This document shows, piece by piece, positions 39,566 through 50,012 of a DNA stretch of 64,000 nt (position 1 is the first letter of the stretch; each line of letters begins with the position of its first letter). Location: contig JBDLRP010000021.1 in assembly GCA_039799905.1 (NCBI GenBank), forward strand, positions 32,001 to 96,000, given 5' to 3'. This stretch comes from Pseudomonadota bacterium (GTDB taxonomy: Bacteria; Bdellovibrionota_B; Oligoflexia; Silvanigrellales; Silvanigrellaceae). The position numbers and the translations under genes are program-made. The notes below the pieces were generated by a model. That model was not told where the DNA came from, made no database searches, and saw only the letters and a program-made list of their open reading frames with translations.

Positions 39566-40443
39566 TCGTTGCTCTCCTTTTTGCCCTGTTCGGCCGGCTC
39601 TGTGTCAGCGAGGTTGAGAAGGCTTTCAGGCTTTCTCCAAATCACTTCCAGAACCGGCCACAACGACCAGTTTCCACCGGCCGCCAGCAGGGCACCGCCA
39701 CCAGAAAACTGCCAGTCTTCTGTGGAATGTTGCACACGCGCATGAAACAGTCCGCCACCCAAAGGACCCAGTCGATTGACGTAAAGACTTTCGTTTACAT
39801 GGTATTGTTCAAGTGAATTGAGGACTGGCGAATAGCCCGCGCCCAGCGACCAATCGGTTCCAAGCGGATAATCATAGAGAAAATTCATCCAAGTCGCGAA
39901 GCGATCTTCGAAGCCCGTCAGTCCCAACGTGGATTCACGATATGCGTAACTGAAAAGCCCGATGCCAAGGGTCAGGCGACCAGATGTATCGAAGTCAACA
40001 GCAACCGAGTTTTGCAAAAGTCCGGCAAACTGACGATAGCGGGTTCCGTAGGGCTTCACTCCGACAGCAAACTCTGCAAGCAGAGAACAGCTCACCATCA
40101 GTCCTTCGCAGTAACGTGTTTTTCCGCCCAGCGTTAGAGTGGGCATGCCTGCAATTGTGATGCTGTCTGCATAAATATTCGTAAATATGTTTGTCTTCTC
40201 GCTTGTTCCATACCAGAGATGTCCAGTGGCAAAATCCGCCTGATAAGCACCCTCGGGAACAACTTCAGTGTTAATCAAACCAGCCGTGTGGCTGTCTGGT
40301 GCCGTTTTGAGGGCCTCTTCCTTTTTCGCCGCAAGTCCGAACGTCGGGGTGCTCAAAATAATCATTAGAGCAAGAATCGAACTCCTGCGGAGTCGCATGA
40401 ACACAAACTGACATAGGCTGGTCATTCCCACGTATCGCTCCAT
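39562..40443 (-). CDS. Putative outer-membrane beta-barrel protein
   Basis: Signal peptide; Gly/aromatic amphipathic strands; start uncertain. Confidence 0.55.
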   Translation of the reverse strand: MERYVGMTSLCQFVFMRLRRSSILALMIILSTPTFGLAAKKEEALKTAPDSHTAGLINTEVVPEGAYQADFATGHLWYGTSEKTNIFTNIYADSITIAGMPTLTLGGKTRYCEGLMVSCSLLAEFAVGVKPYGTRYRQFAGLLQNSVAVDFDTSGRLTLGIGLFSYAYRESTLGLTGFEDRFATWMNFLYDYPLGTDWSLGAGYSPVLNSLEQYHVNESLYVNRLGPLGGGLFHARVQHSTEDWQFSGGGALLAAGGNWSLWPVLEVIWRKPESLLNLADTEPAEQGKKESNE

Positions 40444-40495
40444 CTTTTTTTCCTCGCCCCAAGAGGGTAGCATGGCACACTACGGAGGTGTTCCA

Positions 40496-40837
40496 ATGGC
40501 ATTGAGATCGTCAATATTGTTTGCCTCAACATTAATCTTTTCCGGTGCGACCCTCAGTGGCTGCGCCACCGTGGGAAGCGATTTTCCGAGCGATGTGAAT
40601 TGGATTACCCGAGACAAGACCAAGCGTGACGAACTTGAAAAGCGTCTCGGCGCGCCGTTTCAAGTTGGTTTTGACAGCGGACAATTGACTTGGACGTGGG
40701 GTTTCTACCGTTATTCACTGTTCAGACCGGTGCGCACCAAAGACCTCGTGGTGCGATTCAACAGCAATGGCACGGTCAGCAGTTACAGCTTCTCGAGCTC
40801 GTTCGACGAAGATATTCAAAACCTCAAAAACAAGTGA
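40496..40837 (+). CDS. SmpA/BamE-like small lipoprotein
   Basis: Lipobox LSGC; T...L...LGAP; W.W; L.V.F...G.V; GGAGG RBS. Confidence 0.75.
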   Translation: MALRSSILFASTLIFSGATLSGCATVGSDFPSDVNWITRDKTKRDELEKRLGAPFQVGFDSGQLTWTWGFYRYSLFRPVRTKDLVVRFNSNGTVSSYSFSSSFDEDIQNLKNK

Positions 40838-41722
40838 GTGGAAATCATGGCTGCCGAAAATTCTGATAACGGACGTATTGTTGTTTTGGGTTTCGGAAAC
40901 ATGGGCCGCGCGTTGGTCAAGGGACTGCTTTCCAGCACGCAACGGCAGGTCATTGTGTGTGACCGATACGAAAACGAAGCTGTGAAGGAATTTTCAAACT
41001 CGCATCCAAACCGCCTGAAGTTTCTTCTGGCTTCGGCTGTTCAGCGCGAGGGCACCGAAATCCCTCTCAATCCATCAGACACCCTGATTGTATGCACAAA
41101 ACCGCAAAATTTTCAGGATGCTGCTCAATTCTGGCGACCCGTCTTCTGCTCCGGCGATTCCAAGCCACTTGTGATCAGTATACTTGCAGGCACACCCATC
41201 GATCAGATCCAACGTGCATTTCCAGGCAGTGTGATTGCACGCGCCATGCCCAACATCGCAGCGACAGTCGATTGCGCCGCGACAGCACTCTGCCTTTCTG
41301 CCGAAGCGAACGACACCGAAATCAAACGAGCGAAGTCCATCTTCGAGGCGGTTGGTAAGGCGTGGGTTGTGCCGGAAGAACTCATGAACGCTGTGACGGG
41401 TCTGAGCGGAAGCGGTCCGGCTTATATCTATATGGTGATCGAGGCTCTGTCGGACGGCGGAGTTAAAATGGGTATGCCCCGCCAGTTGGCGCTCGAATTA
41501 TCTGCACAAACAGTTTTGGGTGCCGCCAAACTCGTTCAAGAAACAGGGCTCCACCCCGCCGTTCTTCGCGATCAAGTGACAACTCCCGGTGGTACTACGA
41601 TTTCCGCAATCCACGAGCTGGAGCGTCATGGCCTCAGGCCAATGTTGATTTCAGCCGTCGTCACAGCCACCAAGAAAAGCCGACTGCTTGCACGTGCCGC
41701 AGAAAAGAAAGCACAGAAATAA
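40838..41722 (+). CDS. proC: Pyrroline-5-carboxylate reductase
   Basis: GFGNMG, RAMPN, GLSGSGPAY, VTTPGGTT. Confidence 0.95.
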   Translation: MEIMAAENSDNGRIVVLGFGNMGRALVKGLLSSTQRQVIVCDRYENEAVKEFSNSHPNRLKFLLASAVQREGTEIPLNPSDTLIVCTKPQNFQDAAQFWRPVFCSGDSKPLVISILAGTPIDQIQRAFPGSVIARAMPNIAATVDCAATALCLSAEANDTEIKRAKSIFEAVGKAWVVPEELMNAVTGLSGSGPAYIYMVIEALSDGGVKMGMPRQLALELSAQTVLGAAKLVQETGLHPAVLRDQVTTPGGTTISAIHELERHGLRPMLISAVVTATKKSRLLARAAEKKAQK

Positions 41723-41734
41723 TCGCGAACAGAG

Positions 41735-42550
41735 TCAGAACATCTTTTTGAGGCGGGCGTAAGCCTCGCGTTGGCGCGCAGGAACCTCCGCTCCCTGCGG
41801 TGAGACAAGAGCGCGGGCTGTATCAATTCGTTCTTGAGTCTGCGGATGCGTTTTGAGAATGCTCAACAGCCCAGAGTCCATGGCCAACCCATCAGAGGAT
41901 TTTTCGAACTCATTCATACGTTCAAAAAAAGCCTGCATACCGCTCAACGGTAATTTCGCTTCGCGCAGTAGTTCTGCACCTAGCGCATCTGCATCACGCT
42001 CGTGATCACGCGAAAATTTAAGGTTGAGCAATTGCCCGCCTGTTGATGCAATGTCGGCCAAAGTACCCATGTCGCCAAAGACCATGCTGACGGCCAATGA
42101 CGTACCGACCTGAGTCACCAGATTTTGCATCGAGTGACGTTGCACGACGTGGGCGATTTCGTGCGCAAGGACCGCAAGTATTTCCTCAGGCTGCTTTGAT
42201 ATCTGCAGCAATTTTGTCGTGACGAAAATACCACCGTGCGGAAATGCGTAAGCGTTGGGGACATTCGCCCTTGTAACCCTGATTTTCAGCTCAAGGGGGG
42301 AGAGGTTCACCCTGCTCAACAATGGCTGTGCAAGACTTGCTATCTCTTCGTGAGCTTCGGGTGGGACTGAATCTCCAATCGGGAAAGGGTTCTGCCCCTT
42401 TTCCGCCATGTCACCCAACTGTTTGTCGACGCTTCTTGGAATGAACGAAACCAGAGTGCGAGTTCCCGCCGTTCGCCAACGGTCGATGGACTCACACCCT
42501 GTCGCCAGCACGGAGGCCGAGATGAGAATAACCCTGAGGAGGTTAATCAT
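41735..42550 (-). CDS. M48 family metallopeptidase lipoprotein
   Basis: Lipobox ATGC; NAYAFP.G; AHEIAH; FSR.HE.DAD; THP...ERI. Confidence 0.92.
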   Translation of the reverse strand: MINLLRVILISASVLATGCESIDRWRTAGTRTLVSFIPRSVDKQLGDMAEKGQNPFPIGDSVPPEAHEEIASLAQPLLSRVNLSPLELKIRVTRANVPNAYAFPHGGIFVTTKLLQISKQPEEILAVLAHEIAHVVQRHSMQNLVTQVGTSLAVSMVFGDMGTLADIASTGGQLLNLKFSRDHERDADALGAELLREAKLPLSGMQAFFERMNEFEKSSDGLAMDSGLLSILKTHPQTQERIDTARALVSPQGAEVPARQREAYARLKKMF

Positions 42551-43331
42551 GGTCTCCCATCAGGCTGCCGAGCAGACCTCCCGTTGTTTGTTCTGCGCCG
42601 CGGCCGGTTGTAATCACGGATGCAATTCGGTTTGCAAGACGCGCAAATGGAAGTGTCTGCAAAAAGACTCGGCCTGGCCCCCTGACTGTCGCAAACCAAA
42701 GCCCTTCACCACCAAACAATGCGTTTTTGAAACCGCCTACGAATTGAATGTCAAAGTCTACAGTAGACTCAAATCCAACGATGCATCCGGTATCGACACG
42801 AAGTGTTTGTCCTGGCTCAAGTCTGCGCTCGATGACAGTTCCGCCGGCATGAATGAATGCGAGTCCATCGCCAACGAGTTTTTGCAATATGAAACCCTCT
42901 CCGCCAAAAAGACCTGAGCCGATCTTTCTGTTGAAATGAATCGACACATCCGTGCCGCGTGCGGCACAAAGGAAACTATCTTTCTGCGAAATGAAACCAC
43001 CCTGATAAGTCGACAAATCAAGCGGAACGATTTTTCCAGGATATGGCGCAGCAAAGGCCACGTCCGCCCTCTGACCCGCCGTATTTTCAAAGTTGGTGAT
43101 GAAAAAACTCTCACCAGTCAGCATGCGGCCCGCGGCTTTCATCAGGTTTCCAAAGAAACCCTTGTTCTTGTCCATAGACATTGACGTCTGCATCGCAACG
43201 CCATCGGTCATGTACAGCATCATACCTGCTTCGGCGATCACAACCTCGGAAGGGTCGAGGGTGACAATCACCGCCTGCATATCGTCGCCTTCAATCCGGT
43301 AATCAATAACGTCTGAACGATTCGTGGACAT
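42543..43331 (-). CDS. TIGR00266/AIM24 family protein
   Basis: AEAG.M, TGESFF, FGGEGF, VDTGC, QTLPF.RLA. Confidence 0.92.
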   Translation of the reverse strand: MSTNRSDVIDYRIEGDDMQAVIVTLDPSEVVIAEAGMMLYMTDGVAMQTSMSMDKNKGFFGNLMKAAGRMLTGESFFITNFENTAGQRADVAFAAPYPGKIVPLDLSTYQGGFISQKDSFLCAARGTDVSIHFNRKIGSGLFGGEGFILQKLVGDGLAFIHAGGTVIERRLEPGQTLRVDTGCIVGFESTVDFDIQFVGGFKNALFGGEGLWFATVRGPGRVFLQTLPFARLANRIASVITTGRGAEQTTGGLLGSLMGDHD

Positions 43332-43489
43332 AGAAAGACCTCCTGAATCGCGCACTGTAACTCAATTCGCGAGGAAGATAGACTGTCAATTTTTCAAAGG
43401 TTCTGTTCGAAAAAAGCGAGGAGCGAGTGCGCCACTAGATGCACTTTAATTAAGCACTAAGAAGATCGTTGGTTTTGGTAAAAAACAAA

Positions 43490-44458
43490 CTATTTGCGCG
43501 CGCATTCCCGCGGTTCAAGTCCATCTATATAAAATTCAACACCCTGGGCCCGTACATCAAAAACATAGTCGTTGAAATCAATTCCGCGTTCTTCACGAAG
43601 GGCAAAGTTACTCGGATTCGCCGCGACAGCATCAAGGTTCTCGCGTCTTTGGTCTTCAAAATAAACGCGAACCCAACGGCTCAGCGGCGCCGACGCAGAA
43701 TACGCGTCCATCTCCTGCTTGATTGCTGCGGTGCTGTCTTGAATACCAATGAGGGGATCGCGGCTCATAATGTTGTTGCGATCGTATGCCTTGAAGAACA
43801 CGGACGACGAAATCTCGCCAGAGCGACGATCGATGTCGACCGTTGCGTTGTAAGGTCCGTTGCAAGGCTGTCCGGCCCTGCATGCACCGGCGACAGGGAA
43901 ATAAGTTTGCACGCGCACTTCCATCCGGTTGCACACGCCCTTGTCCGCAAGAAATTCAACCACTGTGTTGAGAGGTGTGGTTTTGTTGCAGCCAACCTCT
44001 TTACTGTCGCTGGCAATGGTAACAACAAGACAATTCTTCCACCACGCCTCGTAGTTGAGCTGAGCGACACGCAATTGTACCGGCACTTTGTTGGGTGGAA
44101 TGCTTGGATTTTTGTTGATTGGTGGATCAAACGGAACTTTAGGCGGGACGGTGAGGACCGGTTTGCCACCGAGGCCCGGGACAGTCTCGGTGCTGCCGGG
44201 CTTTGGGGGGATCCCGCCCATGATCGGCGTGTTCTGCGGCAGAGGCTGTGGATTAACGATCTCAGGGGCTCTGCCACTGCTGTTTTGATTGTTGGGGTTG
44301 TTTGCTTCGTCGGGTGATTTTTGCACCGGGCCAGCGACCGTCGGAGCAGGACCAGCGGGGGCAGGCTGGCTGCCCTTGAACTTGGTTTTTTCGCATGCCG
44401 CAACCGTCACCGCGGCAACCGCAACAAGCAAAAATCCCTGATTGAGAAGTCTTTTCAT
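43490..44458 (-). CDS. Pro-rich lipoprotein with Cys-containing C-terminal domain (DUF4114-like FED...DFND motif)
   Basis: Lipobox VAAC; Pro-rich linker; YFEDQ...DFNDYVF. Confidence 0.65.
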   Translation of the reverse strand: MKRLLNQGFLLVAVAAVTVAACEKTKFKGSQPAPAGPAPTVAGPVQKSPDEANNPNNQNSSGRAPEIVNPQPLPQNTPIMGGIPPKPGSTETVPGLGGKPVLTVPPKVPFDPPINKNPSIPPNKVPVQLRVAQLNYEAWWKNCLVVTIASDSKEVGCNKTTPLNTVVEFLADKGVCNRMEVRVQTYFPVAGACRAGQPCNGPYNATVDIDRRSGEISSSVFFKAYDRNNIMSRDPLIGIQDSTAAIKQEMDAYSASAPLSRWVRVYFEDQRRENLDAVAANPSNFALREERGIDFNDYVFDVRAQGVEFYIDGLEPRECARK

Positions 44459-44498
44459 AGCTTGGCCCTCAAAACACTCAAGTGCATGCGCATAAAAT

Positions 44499-45539
44499 CT
44501 AATTTAGCGTATCTCCTCCCAAGGAAAAACCGCAGAGAGCCAAAACTAAAAATAGTGCAGGTAGGAAAAATGTCGCCATCGGGAACAAAAGACGCAAAGA
44601 GAGAAGTGCGGCTCTCTGAGCACTCTCAGCGCGAAAATCTTCAAAAGCCCCCTCGTGTTCGCGCGAAAGCCAATGCTCGGCTGATTGTGGAGAATAGAGC
44701 AACGAAGTTCGCACACTTTCCAGATAATGGAAGCTAGCGTGGTCCGAAGGGCAGAAGTTGGTGTCCGGAAGCGACATGGCACATGACAATCGACGGGCAA
44801 ATTCATCGCCCCTGACGCAACCCGAGTGGCGTGATGCAAAAATAAGACGCTCACGCTTCGTCCTCAACGTTGCCGCCGAAGCAATAAGGCTCTGAATGAA
44901 ATCAAGACGGCCGCCAGCATCGTTCAAGCCACGATGCTGGCGAACGAACCCGTGTGAGCGATCCATCAACATCAAAACCCCGGCAAGTCCCAAGAAGTAG
45001 AGCATCACGGCCACGGTAAGAATGATTCGACCCTGCGGCAGTTCAACGTTCGCAAGAAAACGCTCATGGCTGAATAAACAAAACAAAAGCGAAACCACAG
45101 GAACAAAACCTGACAGAAAAAGCGCTTGCACACGCGACTGTGCTGATTGCTGACGCATCCAGCGTTCTACCTGATAAAGATTCGAAAACGACTTCCTCCA
45201 GAAACGTACATCAAACGCAGTGAATTGAGGGGACAACAGGGTCGTCACACAGCCATGAACAATCTGTGTCAAAGAATCGAAGGAAACCAGCCGGAAGTTG
45301 GTCGGTACAGGATATTCGGCATCCGGAGTGATGTTCACTCGCTTACCAGGGGCAAGTGGCAGTGATGCAGTTCTCGCAATTTCCTTCAGTTGATTGGATT
45401 TTGAGTGTTTCAGACCCTGAATCAGAGCGGCGCGAGTGACACTCCGTCGGCTCAGGTAAACAGAAATCGACGAAAGAGCTGATGAAGCAACATTCCATTC
45501 GCAACTTCTGTAACGATTTCTGAAAACTGCCCTCATCAT
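44499..45539 (-). CDS. Divergent Tad inner-membrane platform protein (TadB/TadC-like)
   Basis: ATGA-coupled to the CpaF ATPase; SAQSRVQA..L..F.P (TadB-like) and AQRA...LLFPM..FFLPALF (TadC-like) segments. Confidence 0.6.
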   Translation of the reverse strand: MMRAVFRNRYRSCEWNVASSALSSISVYLSRRSVTRAALIQGLKHSKSNQLKEIARTASLPLAPGKRVNITPDAEYPVPTNFRLVSFDSLTQIVHGCVTTLLSPQFTAFDVRFWRKSFSNLYQVERWMRQQSAQSRVQALFLSGFVPVVSLLFCLFSHERFLANVELPQGRIILTVAVMLYFLGLAGVLMLMDRSHGFVRQHRGLNDAGGRLDFIQSLIASAATLRTKRERLIFASRHSGCVRGDEFARRLSCAMSLPDTNFCPSDHASFHYLESVRTSLLYSPQSAEHWLSREHEGAFEDFRAESAQRAALLSLRLLFPMATFFLPALFLVLALCGFSLGGDTLN

Positions 45540-46999
45540 GCAAGACTCCCGACTTCGACGACTTCTGAGACATAGCTTTTGCGGATGGGACAACGCTGCA
45601 TAAAAATCACAGCATCAAAGGCGCTGCGTACGAGTCTGCGCGCCAATTCGAAACCCAGCGCAGGCTCTGCGCGCAAGACGAGCGCCTCCAACCTTTGCAG
45701 TGCTTCGATCGCCGAATTTGCATGGACAGTCGACAAAGAACCATGATGCCCCGTGTGAAGTGCCTGAATGAGGGCAAATGCCTCATTCCCGCGACATTCT
45801 CCAACCACTAGCCGGTCAGGCCTCATTCGCAATGCCTCACGCAATAGCCCCTCGAGATTGACCGAAGCTCCCGAATCTTGAGAGCTGGCTTCGAGAGTTT
45901 GCAGATACACAACGTTGTCCCGCTGAAGTCGTAGTTCGGCAACATCCTCTAAAATAAGCAAGCGTTCATCAGGTCGGATTTCTTCTGCGATTGCGCGCAA
46001 AAGAGTTGTCTTGCCGCTGCTCGTGGCGCCGGCAAGGAGAATATTTTTCTTTCCCTCAAGAAGATTATGCAATGCGGAAAAAAAATCGGCGCTCAACGAA
46101 CCCGAATTCAAAAAATCTTGCAAACGAAGCGACTGTGCTCGATGACAACGAATGCTGACATACGCTCCGGTGCGGGCAACCGGCGAAGCAACAACGTGAA
46201 CTCGTGCACCACAGGACAGGGTATAGTCGCAGCTGGCTCGGGGAGTGACCAATTCTCGGCCGGCATCTGCAGACGTCCGACACAACCACGCCCACAAATC
46301 GTCGGCCGACAAAAACGGGCTCTCGGACTGATGCAATCCCGTAGAACCCTCAAGCCAGCACTCCCGATACCCATTGAAAAGAATCTCATTAACAAACATT
46401 GACCGAGTCCAGACCGTCAGCGGACCCTCTGCGTAAAGATATGAGGAAATCATCATAAAACACGCAGCAAACCATTTAAGCCTCAGGAACAGCGGTCGCT
46501 GGGAATACTCGGGGGAAGCGAACACCAGATTCAAACGACCAATTAAAACTCCCGCGGGAATCATCCGCCGACTCTTAGCATCCAAGTCAAAAATTCCGTC
46601 CTGCATAAGCACATCGCTGACAACCTTTCTCAACTGCGGGTCTCTGTACGAGACAAATTCTGGAAGTAAAGAGCGAACTTCATCGCGCCCAAAATCAACG
46701 GGGCAATTCAGGCTGATGAGGCTGCTCAAGGAGGTATCGGACAAACCAAAGGAGAATTTGCGACTTCTGTTGAAGGTCACATCCGCACTTCCAATTCCGA
46801 AAACCGTCTCATAGCAATTGCTGACGGCAACAAAACACTGCCATGCGCTGGCGATCACCCATTCACGGGCTGCCATAAATTCGCAAGGCTCATCAAAGAC
46901 AGAAGATCTTCCGAATGAAAAATCACTCGAAAGATCAATCCCGCGTTCCCAGAGAACACTTTTTCTGCCGTTATAAAGTCGAACTTTACCGCGCTGCAC
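45536..46999 (-). CDS. cpaF: CpaF/TadA family pilus assembly ATPase
   Basis: GATSSGKTT, EDVAEL, ALRMRPDR.VVGECRG, TGH.GS.ST.HAN; start placed at GTG 46999 to avoid overlap with the pilin. Confidence 0.88.
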   Translation of the reverse strand: MQRGKVRLYNGRKSVLWERGIDLSSDFSFGRSSVFDEPCEFMAAREWVIASAWQCFVAVSNCYETVFGIGSADVTFNRSRKFSFGLSDTSLSSLISLNCPVDFGRDEVRSLLPEFVSYRDPQLRKVVSDVLMQDGIFDLDAKSRRMIPAGVLIGRLNLVFASPEYSQRPLFLRLKWFAACFMMISSYLYAEGPLTVWTRSMFVNEILFNGYRECWLEGSTGLHQSESPFLSADDLWAWLCRTSADAGRELVTPRASCDYTLSCGARVHVVASPVARTGAYVSIRCHRAQSLRLQDFLNSGSLSADFFSALHNLLEGKKNILLAGATSSGKTTLLRAIAEEIRPDERLLILEDVAELRLQRDNVVYLQTLEASSQDSGASVNLEGLLREALRMRPDRLVVGECRGNEAFALIQALHTGHHGSLSTVHANSAIEALQRLEALVLRAEPALGFELARRLVRSAFDAVIFMQRCPIRKSYVSEVVEVGSLA

Positions 47000-47273
47000 G
47001 ACTTCCCCCAGAGGGAGCAATCTCTTTTTCGCCAATCTCCATTCCGTCAACAAACTCCGCAGCTTTTCTCGCATCGTCGGCTTTTTGCTGCGACTGCCTC
47101 TCATAAGCACTGACTTCATTGGCACTGCGCCCTGAAATTGCTGCTCCCAACGATGCAATTTTTGATTTTAAAGCTGCGCCGAAAAGTGCAGTGACAGCTA
47201 TTGAAGCAACGGCAACGACACTCAGAAGAATTGCATACTCAGTCAAACCCTGACCACTCTCACATTTTTTCAT
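46986..47273 (-). CDS. flp: Flp family type IVc pilin
   Basis: MKKCESG|QGLTEY with E5/Y6 Flp motif followed by hydrophobic helix. Confidence 0.88.
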   Translation of the reverse strand: MKKCESGQGLTEYAILLSVVAVASIAVTALFGAALKSKIASLGAAISGRSANEVSAYERQSQQKADDARKAAEFVDGMEIGEKEIAPSGGSRAAR

Positions 47274-47436
47274 CTTTTCCTCCCATGCGTGACTCTTTGG
47301 CATACAAAAAAAACTTAGCAAATAGGGGAGATTCACCGGATCGATTTTCAGTCAAAATGCACAAAAATTCACTCGCACAGAAATCCCGGCTTCAAAAAAA
47401 ATCTCATCCAAGTCATGACACAACCGGAGAAAATTC

Positions 47437-49251
47437 ATGCGGACGAAATTCAAGAAATTGATTCAGGAAAATGTTGTGTTCGAGATGCTAATTCCAAGCA
47501 CCTTCTATGAACGCCTTATCGGCATACGGCTATTTTCGTACTTCCCCGCCCATTGCGGAATTCTCTTCAGGTCGCCTTGCACACTGCACACTTTCTCTTT
47601 GAAAGAGGACATATGGATGGCACCCCTCGACGAGGATCTCAATCCGAAGGGATGCGCCTTGCGCGTTGAACCCAACTCAATTGTGCACTGCAAAAATTCA
47701 CATTGGATCGCCGAATTTTCACGTAATCCAAACTTCTCCAATGCAGCAGAAAACCGCAATGAAAGCGGAAAGTATTTTCATGCAAGAAAAATTGAGGGTG
47801 TGGTCCCCGCGCAAATTTTCAGACTCACCAGACTTTTCTTTCTTCTCATTCTTCTTTCATTCTTCTCATCTCTTGCTCTTGCGTCACAAAGACCACTGAA
47901 GCTTCCAGTGGGCGAAACGAAAGAGGTCACTCTTGATGATGCACCCAAAAGTCTCGACATCTCACATCCGGATGTTATTGACGTACAGCGCATTGGATTG
48001 ACGAATAAAATTCTAATAACCGCACTGCGCAGCGGCAATGCCCGTTTGACGGCCCATTTTCACTCTGCAGGAAGCAAAACGTGGAATTTTCAGGTTGGCA
48101 TGGCAGGCTCGGACTTACCCGCCACACCAACTCTTTCTTCCGGTTCTCTCGTCCGTGTTGCCCGGGATCTGCAACGCCGCGCAGGTCTTGAAACGGTTCT
48201 AGACAATGGTCGTATTGTCATTCTTGGCCACCTACAAAACGACGCGCAGTTCCAGTCGATTGTCGAACTCTGCCTAGGGAGGGATGAATGCCTCCCAAGA
48301 TACACAGTCAGTCGGGAGGCAATTCAATTGCAAGCCCGATTTTTTCGCTCTTTATTTCAGGAAATCGGACACGTTGGACTTTCGGCAGAGGCTTCTGTTG
48401 TCGGGGTGAATGTCCGCGGCAGCACGGCGGGACCCGAGGACGCAGATAAGATTCGTCTTTTGCTCCGATCAGTTCTCAGCCGCTTTAACGAGACTATCGT
48501 CACCGACAAATCATCGGGCCATCTGATAGAAACCCAGCTCACATTTTTTCGTATAAATATCTCTCGACTGAATGCATTGGGCATCTCAACAGTCAGCAAA
48601 GAGCAGCCCGCAGGTAATGAATTTGCAAAGGGTATTATTCCAAACTTCATTAGCCAGTTCCGTACAGGCCCCAGCATTAGGCTTCAGTTTCCGGACGTGG
48701 TGGTGAATGCACTGACACAACATGGAGTTCTCAAGCAGGTCGCGCGACCGAGTCTTGTCGTAGCAAGCGGGGGCAAGGGTGAGATTCAGTCGGGTGGAGA
48801 ACTTCTATTTCAGACCACAGGCCAAAGCCAAAAATTCTTTTCCCAAAACTACGGACTCACTGTGACTCTGCAGCCAAATATAACTGGGACCGGAAGAATT
48901 TCCCAAAAAATCGATATCAAGTTGTCTAATCCCCAGTCACTGGCAAATCCTAATGCCATCTCCGCGATGCAACAGAGCGTCATGAGCACCGAGTTGAGCT
49001 CCCTTCCGGACGAGCAGATTCTGCTGACAAAGATTGATCTACAGATGAGCGGCAAGGCTGTTTCGAAGGTTCCAATTTTTGGTCATCTACCCATCATTGG
49101 TGAACTATTCAAAAACCGTGACCTACGCAGCGAAAACACGGAGCTGTGGATCGCAATGAAAAACAGCCTCGCTGTTTCACATGTTCCTGAAACGCAACAA
49201 GTCGAAAAAAAGACTGATCCCGCAACACCCGAAGCACACTGGCTGGACTGA
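47437..49251 (+). CDS. RcpA/CpaC-like secretin with in-frame N-terminal DUF192-like domain
   Basis: STFYERLIG...GILF....HTF (DUF192-like); internal signal-like helix; pilus-formation N domain; SGGE; KVPIFGHLPIIGELFK secretin motif. Confidence 0.8.
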   Translation: MRTKFKKLIQENVVFEMLIPSTFYERLIGIRLFSYFPAHCGILFRSPCTLHTFSLKEDIWMAPLDEDLNPKGCALRVEPNSIVHCKNSHWIAEFSRNPNFSNAAENRNESGKYFHARKIEGVVPAQIFRLTRLFFLLILLSFFSSLALASQRPLKLPVGETKEVTLDDAPKSLDISHPDVIDVQRIGLTNKILITALRSGNARLTAHFHSAGSKTWNFQVGMAGSDLPATPTLSSGSLVRVARDLQRRAGLETVLDNGRIVILGHLQNDAQFQSIVELCLGRDECLPRYTVSREAIQLQARFFRSLFQEIGHVGLSAEASVVGVNVRGSTAGPEDADKIRLLLRSVLSRFNETIVTDKSSGHLIETQLTFFRINISRLNALGISTVSKEQPAGNEFAKGIIPNFISQFRTGPSIRLQFPDVVVNALTQHGVLKQVARPSLVVASGGKGEIQSGGELLFQTTGQSQKFFSQNYGLTVTLQPNITGTGRISQKIDIKLSNPQSLANPNAISAMQQSVMSTELSSLPDEQILLTKIDLQMSGKAVSKVPIFGHLPIIGELFKNRDLRSENTELWIAMKNSLAVSHVPETQQVEKKTDPATPEAHWLD

Positions 49252-49253
49252 AA

Positions 49254-50012
49254 ATGAAACACCTCAGTCATAAACTCTCATTGCTGAAAGACACTATTTT
49301 TTGCGTATCTGTAAAGTTACTCAAGATTAGCTCTTGTCTTGAGCTTTGGTCTAAGGATTCTCCTCAAAGCATCGGCACACTGCCGCTGACACTCTCTGGT
49401 GGCTGGCAATTCGCAAGCTGCGGCTCCTACATTCGGATTGACTCACCTGACGGACAAATCATAACTCTTGTCAGCGATGAATTTACCATCGACGGTGCAC
49501 GTTACCGAATCAAACGTCGGGTGCAAATCAATCGCAAAGCACACGCCCTATTTTTTAAGACTAATTTATTCCGGAGTCACAAACGGACAGCACCCGGACT
49601 TGTCTTTGCCGCTCTTATCGCCGCAACATTCTCTTTCATTTTTTTAAAGCAATCATGGCGCTCTGAAATCAACTTGTCAGCAGATGCTAGAAATGAAGAA
49701 AAGCTCGATCAGAACAAAAACGAGATCTTCAGGGCACAGGCCAATCCAACGAGTTCAGCCAGTCAATTTTCGGGGTCTGCAGCGCCTTCTCCAGAAAGCT
49801 CTGAAAACAACCTCAAAGCAGGGGATGTTCCTCCCGAAAAATTTCCACGTGCAAAGGCGGTCAAGAGAAGGATGAACGAAAAAGACGCGCAAAGAAAAGA
49901 AAAAATTGACCCAGTTCACTGCACGCCAATCAAGCATATCTCTCAAAGTAAAATTCTTGAAAGACTGCAAGGCACCGCACACAACCGAAGAGGTTGGTAT
50001 GTCTGCCGCTGA
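49254..50012 (+). CDS. Bitopic membrane protein in the Tad locus
   Basis: Beta-rich N-terminus, single TM, low-complexity C-terminal region. Confidence 0.55.
   Translation: MKHLSHKLSLLKDTIFCVSVKLLKISSCLELWSKDSPQSIGTLPLTLSGGWQFASCGSYIRIDSPDGQIITLVSDEFTIDGARYRIKRRVQINRKAHALFFKTNLFRSHKRTAPGLVFAALIAATFSFIFLKQSWRSEINLSADARNEEKLDQNKNEIFRAQANPTSSASQFSGSAAPSPESSENNLKAGDVPPEKFPRAKAVKRRMNEKDAQRKEKIDPVHCTPIKHISQSKILERLQGTAHNRRGWYVCR

Noticed and set aside
43469..44317. 282 aa plus-strand ORF
   Set aside because: Antisense to a lipoprotein gene with a clear lipobox; composition looks like a shadow frame
47000..47158. N-terminal extension of CpaF in the ORF track
   Set aside because: Overlaps the flp pilin gene in another frame
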